Origin: Octopus sinensis
Taxonomy: Eukaryota
Reading direction: 5' to 3'
DNA length: 29,306 nt
NCBI RefSeq assembly: GCF_006345805.1
Contig: NW_021823613.1
Coordinates: 1 to 29,306, forward strand
In this document: positions 1-12,761 of the stretch, piece after piece
Layout: each line of letters starts with the position of its first letter
How positions within the stretch are numbered: the first letter of the stretch is position 1
Notes under the pieces: generated by a model
Told to the model about the DNA's origin: nothing
The model's database searches: none
Seen by the model: only the letters and a program-made list of their open reading frames with translations
Position numbers and translations under genes: made by a program

Positions 1-364
1 ATCTACTAGAAAAAAACTAGCTAAATCTTACTCAAATTACATTTATATATGAAGATACATGATCCTGTATTTGGGGTGTTGCGCTCTTTGATAGAAAAGT
101 TGCGGTTTCAATTTCCGAGCCCGGAGGTCTATTGTATCCTTAAGCTAAACATTCTATTTCATGTTGCTCCATTCAACAAATTGAAAGTGAATACCATCAA
201 CTGAAGTGGAGTAAACTTGTGACAAACAAACTGGCCATAGGTCGGGAGTCTTGTACTTTCGGTTGCTTAACGCTTCAGAAAACGAGATAAACTCCTGTTA
301 CTTAAGTCCCGAGACATAATTTAACTTTTAACTTTTAACAAATCACACCCTCGTTTAAAAAGAA

Positions 365-775
365 GGCACAGGAGTGACTGTGTGGTAAGTAGCTTGCTTA
401 CAAACTACATGATTCCGGGTTCAGCCCCATTGCGTGGCTCTTGGGCAAGTGTCTTCTACTATAGCCTCGACCAAGGCCTTGTGAGTGGATTTGGTAGACG
501 GAAACTGAAAGAATCCCGTCGTATATATATATATACATACATACATATGTATTTATATATATGTTTGTGTATCTGTGTCTGTCCTACTCCCCATCACTTG
601 ACAACAGATGCTGTGTGTTTACGTTCCCGTAACTTAGCGGTTCGGCAAAAGAAATCGATAGAACAAGTACTAGGCTTACAAAGAATAACTCCTGGGTTCG
701 ATTTGTTTGACTAAAGGCGATGGTCCAGCATGGCTGCAGTCAAATGACTAGAACAAATAAAAGAACAAAAAAGAA
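365..775 (+). mobile_element. tRNA-derived SINE, family D (CORE-like central motif), full length
   Basis: Head with A-box-like tgtgtggtaag and B-box-like gggttcagcccc; central cttgggcaagtgtcttctactatagcc; internal (TA)/(TG) tract; tail ending gcagtcaaatgactagaacaaataaaag. Homologous copies at 12762-13158 and 28048-28377. Confidence 0.9.
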
Positions 776-1242
776 AAAGAAATATGATATAATGTAATCC
801 TAAATACAATTAGTAGGTCAGCGTGGTTGCAGCTGAAACGTCCTTGACCAGGTCTCTTCGAGATGACCTACGCCAAACCACATCAGTGACTGCATTAGGA
901 TGGCTTTCTAAGTAACTCAGTAAAAATCAGACGTTTAGATGTTTAAAAGAAAGGAACGAGAAACGACTAATGGAGTCGCTCTTAGACCCGTTAGATTTCC
1001 CTAAATTAGCAGTTCAATTTCACTAAATTAGCAGTTAAACTTCTCTAAATTCACGCCCTGTTATTATTTAAAAAGTATAAGAAAAAAATAATGCGTTGCA
1101 TAATGAAGAAAACGGTGCTTTGGCGTTGGTGTCTTGATTGGAAAGTCTTTGACCTAAAATCAACTGGATCAATTCTGACCTCGAGGTAAAGGATAACAGG
1201 AAAGACAGAAACAACAGCAGCAGCACAGAAAGTAACAATATT

Positions 1243-1986
1243 CTTTTCTACTCTAGGCACAAGGCCCTAAATTTTTTTTGGGGGGGCAGTCGATTAGGTC
1301 GATCCCAGTACGCAACTGGTATTTGATTTATCGACCCCGAAAGGCAAAATCGACCTCGGCGGAATTTGAACTCAGAACGTAAAGACAGACGAAAAACCTA
1401 TTTCTTTACTGCCCACAAGGGGCTAAACACAGAGAGGACAAACAAGGACAGACAAACGGATTAAGTCGATTATATCGACCCCAGTGCGTAACTGGTACTT
1501 ATTTAATCGACTCCGAAAGGATGAAAGGCAAAGTTGACCTCGGCGGAATTTGAACTCAGAACGTAGCGGCAGACGAAATGTCTATTTTTTTACTACCCAC
1601 AAGGGGCTAAACACAGAGAGGACAAACAGGTTAAGTCAATTACATCGACCCCGGTGCGTAACTGGTACTTATTTAATCGACCCCGAAAGGATGAAAGGCA
1701 AAGTCGAACTCGGCGGAAATTGAACTCAGAACGTAGCGGCAGACGAAATACCTATTTCTTTACTACCCTCAAGGGGCTAAACACCGGGAGGACAAACAAG
1801 GACAGACAAAAGGATTAAGCCGATTACATTGACCCTAGTGCGTAACTGGTACTTAATTTATCGACCCCGAAAGGATGAAAGGCAAAGTCGACCTCGTCGG
1901 AATTTGAACTCAGACGAAATACGGCAGACGAAATACGGCTACGCATTTCACCCGGCGTGCTAACGTTTCTGCCAGCTTGCCGCCTT
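1243..1986 (-). mobile_element. Tandem four-unit array of tRNA-derived SINE family A inside an 18-bp TSD
   Basis: Units 1243-1398, 1399-1582, 1583-1752, 1753-1986; only the last has the full head. ACAGAAAGTAACAATATT flanks it at 1225-1242 and 1987-2004. Confidence 0.9.
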
Positions 1987-2019
1987 ACAGAAAGTAACAA
2001 TATTAACGCAAGAGGTAGC

Positions 2020-2711
2020 CAGTGGTTCTTAACCATTTTTTTTTTTTTTAGCTATGGACCCTTTTGGTAACTATTTTATTCCGACAGACCCCCACAGCCA
2101 TTCGATGTTTAAAAGCTAGTTCCATAGATACTTCTTTCAAAATTCGTATTTTGCCAATCTCACATTCACTTGCGTATGCTGAACTATGTAAATCGTCAGA
2201 GAATGAAACCTAGCTATTTCCTACAATAAGAACATCTAATGCAAAATTGTTTCGCTTATCCTTAAATACTACTGTGTGTCCCCGATTTACTATTTTACTT
2301 CCATGGACTCACACCCACCAAAATTTTATATAGGAGCACTCCATCGGTTACGATGACGAGGGTCCCAGCTGATACGATCAACGGAACAGCTTGCTCGTGG
2401 AATTAACGTGCAAGTGACTGAGCAATCCACAGACACGTGTACCCCTAACGTAGTTCTCAGGGAGATTCAGCGTGACACGGAGTGTGACAAAGCCGGCCCT
2501 TTGAAATACAGGTACAACTCATTTTTGCCAGCTGAGTGGACTGGAACAACGTGAAATAAAGTGTCTTGCTCAAGAGACACAACGCATCGCCGGGAATCGA
2601 ACTCACGACCTTACAATCGTCAGTCGAATGCCCTAACCACTAAGCCACGCGCCTTCACAAAATATTATATAGACTCCCAGCGGTCATATTAATCCCGGTT
2701 GTGAATCACTG
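2020..2711. mobile_element. hAT-like non-autonomous DNA transposon (MITE) interrupted by a SINE
   Basis: Imperfect TIRs cagtggttcttaacc (2020-2034) and ggttgtgaatcactg (2697-2711); CAGTGGTT-type ends are typical of Charlie-like hAT MITEs. No clean 8-bp TSD seen. Confidence 0.55.
2334..2657 (-). mobile_element. tRNA-derived SINE family C with tail type 2
   Basis: Minus-strand head gtgaaggcgcgtggcttagtggttag...gagttcgattccc; TSD caaaattttatatag (2319-2333) / caaaatattatatag (2658-2672), one mismatch. Confidence 0.9.
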
Positions 2712-3247
2712 CTCTACGCGGTCGCTGACCTCCTAGAAGCAGCAACCAAATTCTCTTCATATCACATTCTAGCGTCTAAGTAGAAGTAAAGAAGCATTGG
2801 ATATTATAGTTCAAGATACACAATGTCTAAAAGCATTCTCTGCGGGAAAGTTTTGATCACAGGTCTTCTCGGTCAGAGCTTACCTGGCCTCAACAGTCAC
2901 AATAATAACAACAACAGCATCGATACCAGCACCAGAGGCTTTTTCGCTCTGCTAGAAATTCCAGTAGTAACCCCCCTTCATACCACGCCCTACATCTTTA
3001 TACAAAATTAATGAAAAGAACAGTACATTGGATTGTATAATCCTCGATAAACTATGGCTGAAACAAAACAAAAAATGATTAAGGATGGAACGCCTTTCAT
3101 CAGATTTCTACCCAATGAAAATTGACCTATGGCGAAAAAAAGACAGCAACCAGAACTAATGAGACATATAAGGGTATTTTGAAGATCTTGACTCTTCCTC
3201 CCTCTTCTACTCCTTTCCCTCCTCCTCCACTTTCTTTCTTTCTTTCT

Positions 3248-3250
<3 letters not shown>

Positions 3251-3316
<66 letters not shown>

Positions 3317-3384
3317 TATATTAATGTATGTATGTCTGTATGTATGTTGTAATGTATGTATGTATATATATGTATGTATGTATG

Positions 3385-3420
<36 letters not shown>

Positions 3421-3602
3421 GTATGTGTGTATGTGTGTATGTGTGTGTATGCATGTATGTATGTATATACTATATATGTGTGTGTGTGGTGGTGTTCATG
3501 CATGTATGTATATATATATATGTATGTATGCATGTATGAATGTATGTCATGTGTATATGTATATATTGTGTATGTATAATATCAATATATATATATATAT
3601 AG

Positions 3603-3634
<32 letters not shown>

Positions 3635-3745
3635 ATTACATACATACATACATACACACATACAAAGAGCACAGAGGAGAAGTATGTATGTATAATGGAT
3701 TTCTTTGGAAATCTTCAATCTCTCTACCACCCATTATATATACAC

Positions 3746-3787
<42 letters not shown>

Positions 3788-3820
3788 TGTCTGTGTCTGT
3801 GTGTATTCATATGTCCTTAT
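3251..3820. repeat. Compound (TA)n/(TG)n/(TATG)n microsatellite
   Basis: Directly visible dinucleotide and tetranucleotide runs. Confidence 0.97.
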
Positions 3821-3899
3821 CTATGCATCTATGCACACATAGAGACACATACGTAAGTCTCTCCTCCTTTAGTTCTCATTGAACCAAAAACAATAAATG

Positions 3900-3929
3900 A
3901 ACAAACAAATACATAAATAAATAGACAAA

Positions 3930-3968
<39 letters not shown>

Positions 3969-3982
3969 GCAAATAAATAAAT
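3900..3982. repeat. (AAAT)n microsatellite
   Basis: Repeated aataaata units. Confidence 0.95.
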
Positions 3983-4129
3983 AGAAGGCATTAAATCAAT
4001 AAATGAAAGAAGACAAAAGAAGAGAAATGAAGTGGATAATATGAAATGAAATGAAAGAAATTGCGATCGGATTGATGAAAAGTAATGTGGTTGGTTACGG
4101 TAGGAAATGTACGTGTATGTGTAAGAGCG

Positions 4130-4681
4130 TATATATGTGTGTGTGTGTGTGTATATATGTTTATATAAGCGTGTGAGTGTGTGTAGGTATTTGTGTGTGT
4201 TTCATGTGAATGCGGGAGTATGCTTGTATCAGTGTGGGTATGTGTGTTTGCGTGTGTATGTGTGTGTGTATAAGCTCGCGTGTATGTGCGTGAAGGCGTT
4301 GTGTGTATAAGATGAACTGAATGGCACCATAAGAAATTCGTAGATATGCAGATTTAACCAAAATAAGCACAAGCACACACACACACACACACATACACAC
4401 ACACACACATACACGCACACACACATACACACACACACACACACACACAGAAACGTGCGTGAGCATCACATAGACACACAGATATACACAGATACACATA
4501 CTCGTAGGTACACACACACAAATACATATACACATAGTTTCACTTTTGCTTTTATTTATTTTACGATACAAAGACATAAAACAGCTCACTATACCCTTCT
4601 GTAGAGGATGAATGTATGGAATATGTATTTGCAATACACACACACACACACACATATATATATGTGTATATTATATATATA

Positions 4682-4725
<44 letters not shown>

Positions 4726-4772
4726 ATATTATATTATATATGTGTATATAATATGTGTGTGTTATGTGAATT

Positions 4773-4809
<37 letters not shown>

Positions 4810-4967
4810 CAAATATATATTGTAAGTATATATATATATATATATAATATATTTGCATATACATATTATACACAACCCCACACACACACAATATATATAT
4901 AAGTATATATGTGTGTGTGTATGTGTATATGTGCTTATATATATAATACAAGTAGTATATGTGTATG

Positions 4968-4998
<31 letters not shown>

Positions 4999-5100
4999 GT
5001 ACATATATATATATGTGCATATACATATATATATATACCTACACACACGCACACACACATATACACACAAACACACACACATATATATATGTATATATAT
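4130..5100. repeat. Compound (TG)/(CA)/(TA) microsatellite field
   Basis: Directly visible. Confidence 0.95.
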
Positions 5101-5203
5101 GAAATAGGCATGAATAATGATGGATTTTATACATTCAGTTGAGCATTATAGACTCACAGCCGTTTCATATATGAATTGTGGGTGCGTTCATCGTTCAATT
5201 GAA

Positions 5204-5280
5204 TTAGTCGATCGAGTTACGATTGAAACTACAGTGAACGGCCGTTGTAGGGCTATCTTTGTCAGAGTCCAACAAATCGA
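5204..5280 (-). CDS. Candidate terminal coding exon, (V)DLLDSDKDSPTTAVHCSFNRNSID*
   Basis: Long polypyrimidine tract and acceptor ...cttctttccctttggcag|; phase-1 reading open to TAA at 5204-5206. A GT donor (GCT|GTGAGT) also follows at 5158/5157. No homology recognised. Confidence 0.3.
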
Positions 5281-5467
5281 CTGCCAAAGGGAAAGAAGAG
5301 AAGAAAAGAAAAGAAGACAAGCGGAAGGAATGTGGTCAGTGTAGCATTTATACAGAAGTGGGTTTCCTGTCTCTAGCCATCACCCTTAAGCTATCGTTCT
5401 CTATCACCATGTTTAAATAGTATTCTTATAATAATAATGAAATGAAATTATTGTATACAGTGCTCAG

Positions 5468-5711
5468 GTGCACCACAAGGGAAAATGTCTTCTATAGCCT
5501 TGGGCTGACCAAAGCCTCGTGAGTGGATTTGGTAGATGGAAACTGACTGTTGTGTGTGTGTTGTATTGACATCATGCAATAGTTGTAAATGAGTGCCACT
5601 GTTATATAAGCAATGTTCTTCATTATCAGTATTCCATGCCATAGAGAAATATTATCTTGCTTGCTAATAGGTGAGGGTTGGTAACAGGAAGGGCATCCAG
5701 CTGTAGAAACC
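5468..5711 (+). mobile_element. Degraded SINE with family D core and a different 3' module
   Basis: gtcttctatagccttgggctgaccaaagcctcgtgagtggatttggtagatggaaactga matches the D core; it then continues to ggttggtaacaggaagggcatccagctgtagaaacc instead of the D tail. Confidence 0.7.
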
Positions 5712-5933
5712 AGTATGCAAATTTGATACCCAGCAACTTCCTTAGGGTTAGTGGTCGGTTTTTGGTGGTTGCTACAATATTAAGGGAGCTGTTTTGACAT
5801 GTACTCTCTTGCGATGTGTGAGCAGTATTGACATCTTTTAGAGAAATTTGATACCCAACAACTTCGTTAGGATCAGTGGCAGGCTTTTGGCAATTATTAC
5901 TATATTTTGGACGCTATGCCAGGCAAGGTGTTT

Positions 5934-6780
5934 GGTTTCTTTGCAATAGGAGCTGGTGCAGGAATAGAAAGGAATAACCGCTCATTTAAACCCGTCGGTG
6001 ATTTCGATGCCTCTTAAACTGTTTAACCTGGACTTGATTTGCTAGAAAAAGATTCGTATTAGAACACAGCTAGAATATTTCTAATCATATTAAATAATTA
6101 TTTTAAATATGAAGTATCAAAATCTATCTAATTAGCTACGGAAATTCATATAAGTACAATACACTTAACAGTAACAGTTAGAGCAAGTAATCAGTGATTA
6201 TTAATAATTAAATGAATAAATTATGACATGTAAAGCCACAATAATGCTAAGACTACATAAGTTCTTAAATATACGACTAGGTGTCATTCTTACGGCTGTA
6301 ATGGTAAGCTAAGCTATGATTAATAAGGAGGTTGTAAACTACACAGGTGCTGAGTGGAGAAGATGAGCCAAAGCAACAGAAAATAAACACAAAACCAAAG
6401 GTTTGTTTTGTTTTTAATTTTGTGATTTTTTTTTTCTTTTGTAGACTTAATCGATTGCCGGTTTAACATAAGCACCTACCTTCAGCGGAATCTCCTCTGT
6501 TGTAAGCATTCCGAGCAGATCTTCTGTCAGAGAACACACCTTCCCCTCTTGTCTTGGAGGCCTGAAAATGGGGGATGGGGGATGTTCTCCAATATTTATC
6601 CATTTGCAAGAGAATACAAGACTGTGTATGAGTGTAGAAAGATTTATACCTTCTAATATGAATCTTTTTCTAGCTAATCAAGTTCAGTTTAAACAGTTTA
6701 AGAGGCTTCGAGAGCACCGATAGTTTTAAATGAGTGGTTTTCCTTTCTGTTCCTGTACCCACTCCTACTAGAAATAATCC
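5934..6780. repeat. Inverted repeat pair, arms 5934-6064 and 6651-6780
   Basis: gcctcttaaactgtttaacctggacttgatttgctagaaaaagattcgtattagaa is the near reverse complement of ttctaatatgaatctttttctagctaatcaagttcagtttaaacagtttaagaggc; roughly 80% similar by eye. Confidence 0.9.
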
Positions 6781-7125
6781 CGATTTTATCCTTTAACTCT
6801 CCTCCTCTCACATTACTTATTTTCCTTCCACCTCATAATTGCCAACTTCTCTCCCACGGTTATTAATTTGCACGACATTAAAACGATCGGTGAAGTAGTC
6901 AGAACTGATAGAAAGGAGATATGTATTATCCTGTAGTACTGGAGAAATTCGTTATTGAAAGAGGCTATACACAAGACAAGTCTACAGCGATGATGAAGCC
7001 AGGTTTATCTGGAAACGAATGTCTTGGAAGTTTTTTTTTTTATTTCTAGTGAAATCAGCATTAGTCTCTAAGGTTTCTACCATTCTTCTGATGCTTCTTT
7101 TGGAATAGGGTTTCGAAACTTTAAG
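6463..7125 (-). pseudogene. Unidentified degraded coding-like segment
   Basis: One minus frame of 221 codons with 6 internal stops and no frameshift (...RISPVLQDNTYLLSISSDYFTDRFNVVQINNRGREVGNY...GLFLVGVGTGTERK...). Family not recognised. Confidence 0.3.
6480..6561 (-). CDS. Candidate internal exon, ASKTRGEGVFSDRRSARNAYNRGDSAE(G), phase 0 to 1
   Basis: Acceptor cccccattttcag|, donor GAAG|GTAGGT, open 82 nt, phase-compatible with 5204-5280. Confidence 0.25.
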
Positions 7126-7958
7126 TTATCCAAGAGAACATCAAATTCAGTAAGATAAATATTGTAATACTGGTATTGGTAAATATCATTGTACTCTTCA
7201 GTTCAAGAAGTATAAACAACATGTTTACAAAGAACTTGAGAAAGGAAATTGCAGAATAGAATCTAGGAGATTCATATTTATCCTTACGAGAAAAAGAGCG
7301 ATGTGAGCCCAGTTAGGTATTAACTATAACTAAAGGCTATAACGGTTATTTGAAAATATAAGTAAAAGGGGTGTCAGAGACGTTCCCTCTATAGATGAAT
7401 AAGGAAATTAGAAATTTTAATTCCAAATAAGCCACGTATGGTAAAAATTGTAAAGAAATGTCCAGTGGAAAGGCATGGCTATATTTAAATTAAAATATGA
7501 TCTGACAGTTAGAAACAATATTTAGTGCGGTGTATAATTAAAAAAAATTAATACATGCAAATGAAGTTAATCTACAGGAGATAGTGTATAAAGAACTGCT
7601 GGATTGTTAACGTAAACAAGTGTTAGAGAAATAAAAAAAAAAGGGATGAAAGAGAGAATAAGATGCGTAAGGTGGACTTATGTCTGCATAAGAACTAATA
7701 TTCGTTAGTATGTATCAAATATACGGTAGAAAAATAAGTAAAAACAGAAACAATAGTTGTTAATATTACAATTTAGATAGTAAATACTTGCTATGACTAT
7801 AAAGATGAAAAAAGAGTGAAGTTGAAAAAGAAAAAAGGATGAAGGAATATGAGAAAATAACAATGTACGGGAAATAAATGAACTGGGAATGAAAAATAGC
7901 AGATAGAGGGTTTAAGTTATATGTATTGATATATAAGGTTATAGAGTAACTATGTTGT

Positions 7959-8268
7959 CTTCTTTCGCCCTTTTCAAGCCTAGCCAGGCTCATGGGCCCG
8001 GTTTTCCGGTTTCTGTGGCGTATGTGTTCCCCCCAGCTGGACGGGACGCTAGTCCATCGCAGCGTTACTCAAGAAACAGGAAGAAAGAGCGAGAGAAAGT
8101 TGTAGCGAAAGAGTACAACAGGGGTCGCCACTACCCCCTGCCGGAGCCTCGTGGAGCTTTAGGTGTTTTCGCTCAATAAACACACACAACGCCCGGTCTG
8201 GAAATCGAAACCGCGATCCTCCGACCGCGAGTCCGCTGCCGTAACCACTAGGCCATTGCGCCTCAACT
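7959..8268 (-). mobile_element. tRNA-derived SINE family B with tail type 1
   Basis: Head gaggcgcaatggcctagtggttac...ggtttcgatttcc; perfect 12-bp TSD TAACTATGTTGT (7947-7958, 8269-8280); tail contains gctgcgatggactagcgtcccgtccag. Confidence 0.92.
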
Positions 8269-8675
8269 TAACTATGTTGTAGTATAAATAAAAATGTTGA
8301 GGTAAGGAACTAGCTTGGCATAATGAGAGAGGAATATATAATGGTATTACGGTGGTGTTAATATTCAAGTAATAGAAGTGTATTGCGCATTATGAATATA
8401 CGAAAAGGTGTACAAAATACAAAAAAAATTGTCAGAGAAAAAATAATCATATAAGGAATAGTTGTCAGAATATTTACTCATACGTGAATAGAGACATATC
8501 TTCACATTAGTATAGATAGATGTAGGAATTCTTGCTTCTTTTTTAATTATTTTTTATTAGGGTATACATAAAAGAAGGAACACCGTACAAAATATATATA
8601 TATTCATACCGATGCAAAGAGAGAAAAGGCACACACATATCGATATAAATACACACACGTATAAAAAATAGTAGA

Positions 8676-8728
<53 letters not shown>
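8676..8728. repeat. (TG)n microsatellite
   Basis: Directly visible. Confidence 0.97.
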
Positions 8729-8731
<3 letters not shown>

Positions 8732-8971
8732 AACATACGTATATATGCAGATACACACGTTCATATATATAGAAATATATATATTTGCCAAATATTTAAA
8801 ATCTAACTTTATTAGATCTATTAAAATTATAATTAATAAAAACTCTAAATATGCAAAAATATTTAATAATAAAAAATTAGATTTGGATTTTCAGTCTCTC
8901 CAAATCTCCTTAGGATAATCTCTTCTTTTAACAATAAGAAACTAGATCTATTCTATAATAAAAAAAAACAT

Positions 8972-9022
8972 GCGGTGCTCCAGCATGGCCACAGTCACAT
9001 GACTGAAACAAGTAAAAGAGTA
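8972..9022 (+). mobile_element. 3' tail fragment of SINE family D
   Basis: gcggtgctccagcatggccacagtcacatgactgaaacaagtaaaagagta matches the D tail. Confidence 0.85.
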
Positions 9023-9594
9023 TGTTAAACGTACCTACTACCTCCAATAATCGTACAGTTAACAACTGCTATAATGATAATAACCAGAACTCCATTATCC
9101 CTAATAAAGATAGACATAACATCATAGTACCAATAATTTAAATTGTACTTGTATAGACCCAAATGCCTGTGAAGTAGATAGAAATGCCGACAAATATATT
9201 AATATAACAATTTTTTTTAAATAGTAAAAACATACAAGCGATGAAGAAACAAAAGTAGCAGTAAGATGATATATGTTGATTTTATTAGGCATTTCTGTTT
9301 ATTTAGAAACCAACAATGAAGAGGTCATTTCACAGACGCAAAACTATAAATTTCACAGGGTACAACCTTAAAGTTCACACCGCTCCGCTAAACGCAGCAA
9401 ATTTCATTTTCGCTATTGGCTAAAAAGACAATTTTTCGATTTTTAAACCTTTGTAACTTTTTCCTCAACTTTCTTTTCTCCACAACATCATACCTTCATA
9501 GCAATTAGACTGGAAAACTTTATTTTTATACCCGATTTTCATTTTTTTTTAGTCTTTTTAAAAAAATGATATTTGCGAATGAAAAAACTAGATC

Positions 9595-9646
<52 letters not shown>

Positions 9647-9854
9647 CAGGGTCTCCCAGAAGTGGCGCACCACCTGGTTTTTAAAAGAATACATCCTTAT
9701 GATTTCAAAAACACTTTGTTGAAATTCATCGTAACAAATGCTCAAATTGAGCCCCCCTCTGCCAATAAAACATGCTGAAAAAAAATATAATACAATAAAA
9801 TGCTTTTATTATTTAAATGAAAACCAAGATGGTGCGCGACTTCTGGGAAACTTG
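9647..9854. mobile_element. Tc1/mariner-type MITE, 208 bp
   Basis: TIRs cagggtctcccagaagtggcgcacca / tggtgcgcgacttctgggaaacttg, TA on both sides, embedded in (TA)n. Confidence 0.85.
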
Positions 9855-10385
9855 TATATATAGGTTTGTATGTATCTATGTATATGTATATATATGTATA
9901 TACATATATATATATATATATGTATATGTATATCTAATATATATATATATATATTATATATATATATATATATTATATATATATATATATAATACGTATG
10001 TATATGTACAATTATATATGTATGTATGCATGTATGTGTGTATAATAAATATTAGTAATAATGAGTAAGTAGACGTGTACATCCACAAAATTTATTTTCT
10101 AGTTATATACAGCATATGCTGTATACAACTAGAAAATAAATATGTACAAGTCTCCATACTCCTTATTATTATTAATCCTAATGTATGCACCAGGGAATAT
10201 TTACCGTATTGCGTAGGACACACGGAATTACACAACGGAAGAATTCACGGAGTGACTAATAAATAATTTTAGACACAGACATTGGATACTGACCGTTGCG
10301 TTAGCCAACATCTGGAACCCTACTGAGAGCTAAACCATATCCGCCCGGATGACAATATCCCTCCAAACTCATATATATATATATA

Positions 10386-10451
<66 letters not shown>

Positions 10452-10790
10452 ATATGATATATATAATATATGTATTATGTATGTATGTATGTATGTATGT
10501 ATATATGTATAAATATGTATGTATATATATATAATATAAACATATATATATATATATATATATATATCTATCTACATATATGTATATATATGTATATGTA
10601 TATTTGTATTATATATATTGTGTATCTCTTATATATATATATATATCATATATATTTATTCTATGTAGATATATGTGTGTGTGTGTGTTTATGTATATAA
10701 TATATGTATATGATATATATATATATCTATATTATCTATAATCTCTATATCGTTTATAGATAGATAGATCTATATGTATAAATATATGTT
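9855..10790. repeat. (TA)n/(TATG)n microsatellite fields (9855-10050, 10370-10790)
   Basis: Directly visible. Confidence 0.9.
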
Positions 10791-10799
10791 TATATCTAA

Positions 10800-10968
<169 letters not shown>

Positions 10969-11799
10969 GATATATGGGGAAAAGAAGTGTATTCCAATGC
11001 AGAAAAAATATAAGAGAATTCGTTCCGTGGTTTAAAAATACACTTGAATCTCAAAGCGTGCAGTCGTTTTTAAATTTTGAAATAGATTTATTCAAATACC
11101 AACGCGGCTTCGACATTTTCTTTTTTTTTTTGTTTTGCTTATCAATGGTAAAATTAAATAAATAATGGATTTAGTAGAGTTTAAAGTCACAAGGTAAAAT
11201 TCCCAAAAAACATGTTTAAATGATCAGATGTTCAATGAGTTTCACAGATAGACAATAATATAAGGTTCAATATTCGATGAAGATTATAAAATTACATGAT
11301 TAAAAGTTAAGTCATATTGAGTTATTTCTTTTAAAAAGAAGGAGAAAGAGAACAAGAGGGAGAGAAAGGAAAAAAGTGTTTTTTACTAATTAGAACACAC
11401 GCACACACACACACACACACACACAATTTAATTCACGATTACATACCCATCACTACATATTTCTCCCCATCACTCTAGTTTTTAAATTTGTGTGTAGATA
11501 TATATTTATATATATATTCCCCGCTACCGAAAGTTGAACAACTATCTCCCCTGCCAAAAATAATTATATAATAATGATAACCAATTACCTCCCCTTAAAT
11601 TCTTCTACTTGTTGAATCATTCATTCGTGACCGTCACACACAACATGGACAAACAATCCTTCTTAAGAAAATACGTATTTAAATAAATTTTAATGTCATG
11701 AATAGCGAAAGCAAAACCGGTCGACAAAGATATATTAAAAATTATATTAAAACTATGTAAAGTGTGTGCATTTTCTTTCTTTAATTTTTTATATGTAGA

Positions 11800-11960
11800 T
11801 ATATATGTGTGTGTGTGTGAGTGTGTCTGTGTATGTACATATATGTATGTATGTATGTATGTATTTATTTATTTATTTGTATACATATATGTGTGTATTA
11901 TATATATGCATATATAGAGAGAGAGAAAAGGGAGAATGAACGCTATCAATACCTGCAACC

Positions 11961-12020
<60 letters not shown>

Positions 12021-12100
12021 ATGTGTGTGTGTGTATGTGTGTGTATTTATTTGTATACATATATGTGTGTATTATATATATGTATATATACATACATACA
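11800..12100. repeat. Compound (TG)/(TA) microsatellite
   Basis: Directly visible. Confidence 0.9.
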
Positions 12101-12502
12101 CATACGGGGAAAGAGAGAAATACATTTCGTTTCGAGGATGAAATCAAACTACTCTTCCATGACCACTCAAAGGAATACTATCCTGGTCTTTCAGATATAT
12201 TTGAGAAATAAATTCCTATAAATGTTCACAGAGTAAATCATTTTTAGACACCATTAAAAACATTGGAATTTTGTTTCATTACACAGGAGAGTTCTAATTT
12301 TTTACTTTCAATCTTTCAACAAACATGTAAGTATTAGAATGTCGAACGAAGTTACTAATGAGTAAAATATGTTTATTTACCAATTATGACTGTTATCTTC
12401 TGCAAAAACTTTCTATCAAGTAAATACTGGCGTATCAAATTTTATTTTATTATAAGAATAAACTAAGGTAAGGTAACTTCAACTGTAATATGTTATATTT
12501 AT

Positions 12503-12503
<1 letters not shown>

Positions 12504-12593
<90 letters not shown>

Positions 12594-12709
12594 GTATATT
12601 GGTAATTGGTGCAGACAGGGAAAATAGAACTCAAAATATGAGTATATGTGTATTTTCATTAATATTTAGCTGAAGCAACAGACATACACACCTACATATA
12701 TATGGATAT

Positions 12710-12753
<44 letters not shown>
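12504..12753. repeat. (TG)n (12504-12590) and (CA)n (about 12711-12753) microsatellites
   Basis: Directly visible. Confidence 0.9.
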
Positions 12754-12755
<2 letters not shown>

Positions 12756-12761
12756 CATATA

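Noticed and set aside
382-714. 110-aa ORF, and similar ORFs at 1824, 7952, 12945, 15005, 18089, 21051, 22558 and 28233
   Set aside because: They lie within SINE copies; open frames are incidental.
1243-1986. Regularly spaced repeats resembling a CRISPR array
   Set aside because: Units are 156-234 bp SINE copies with no unique spacers, in eukaryotic DNA with no cas genes.
12120-12211. Protein-like peptide RFEDEIKLLFHDHSKEYYPGLSDIFEK
   Set aside because: No convincing acceptor and no homology recognised.
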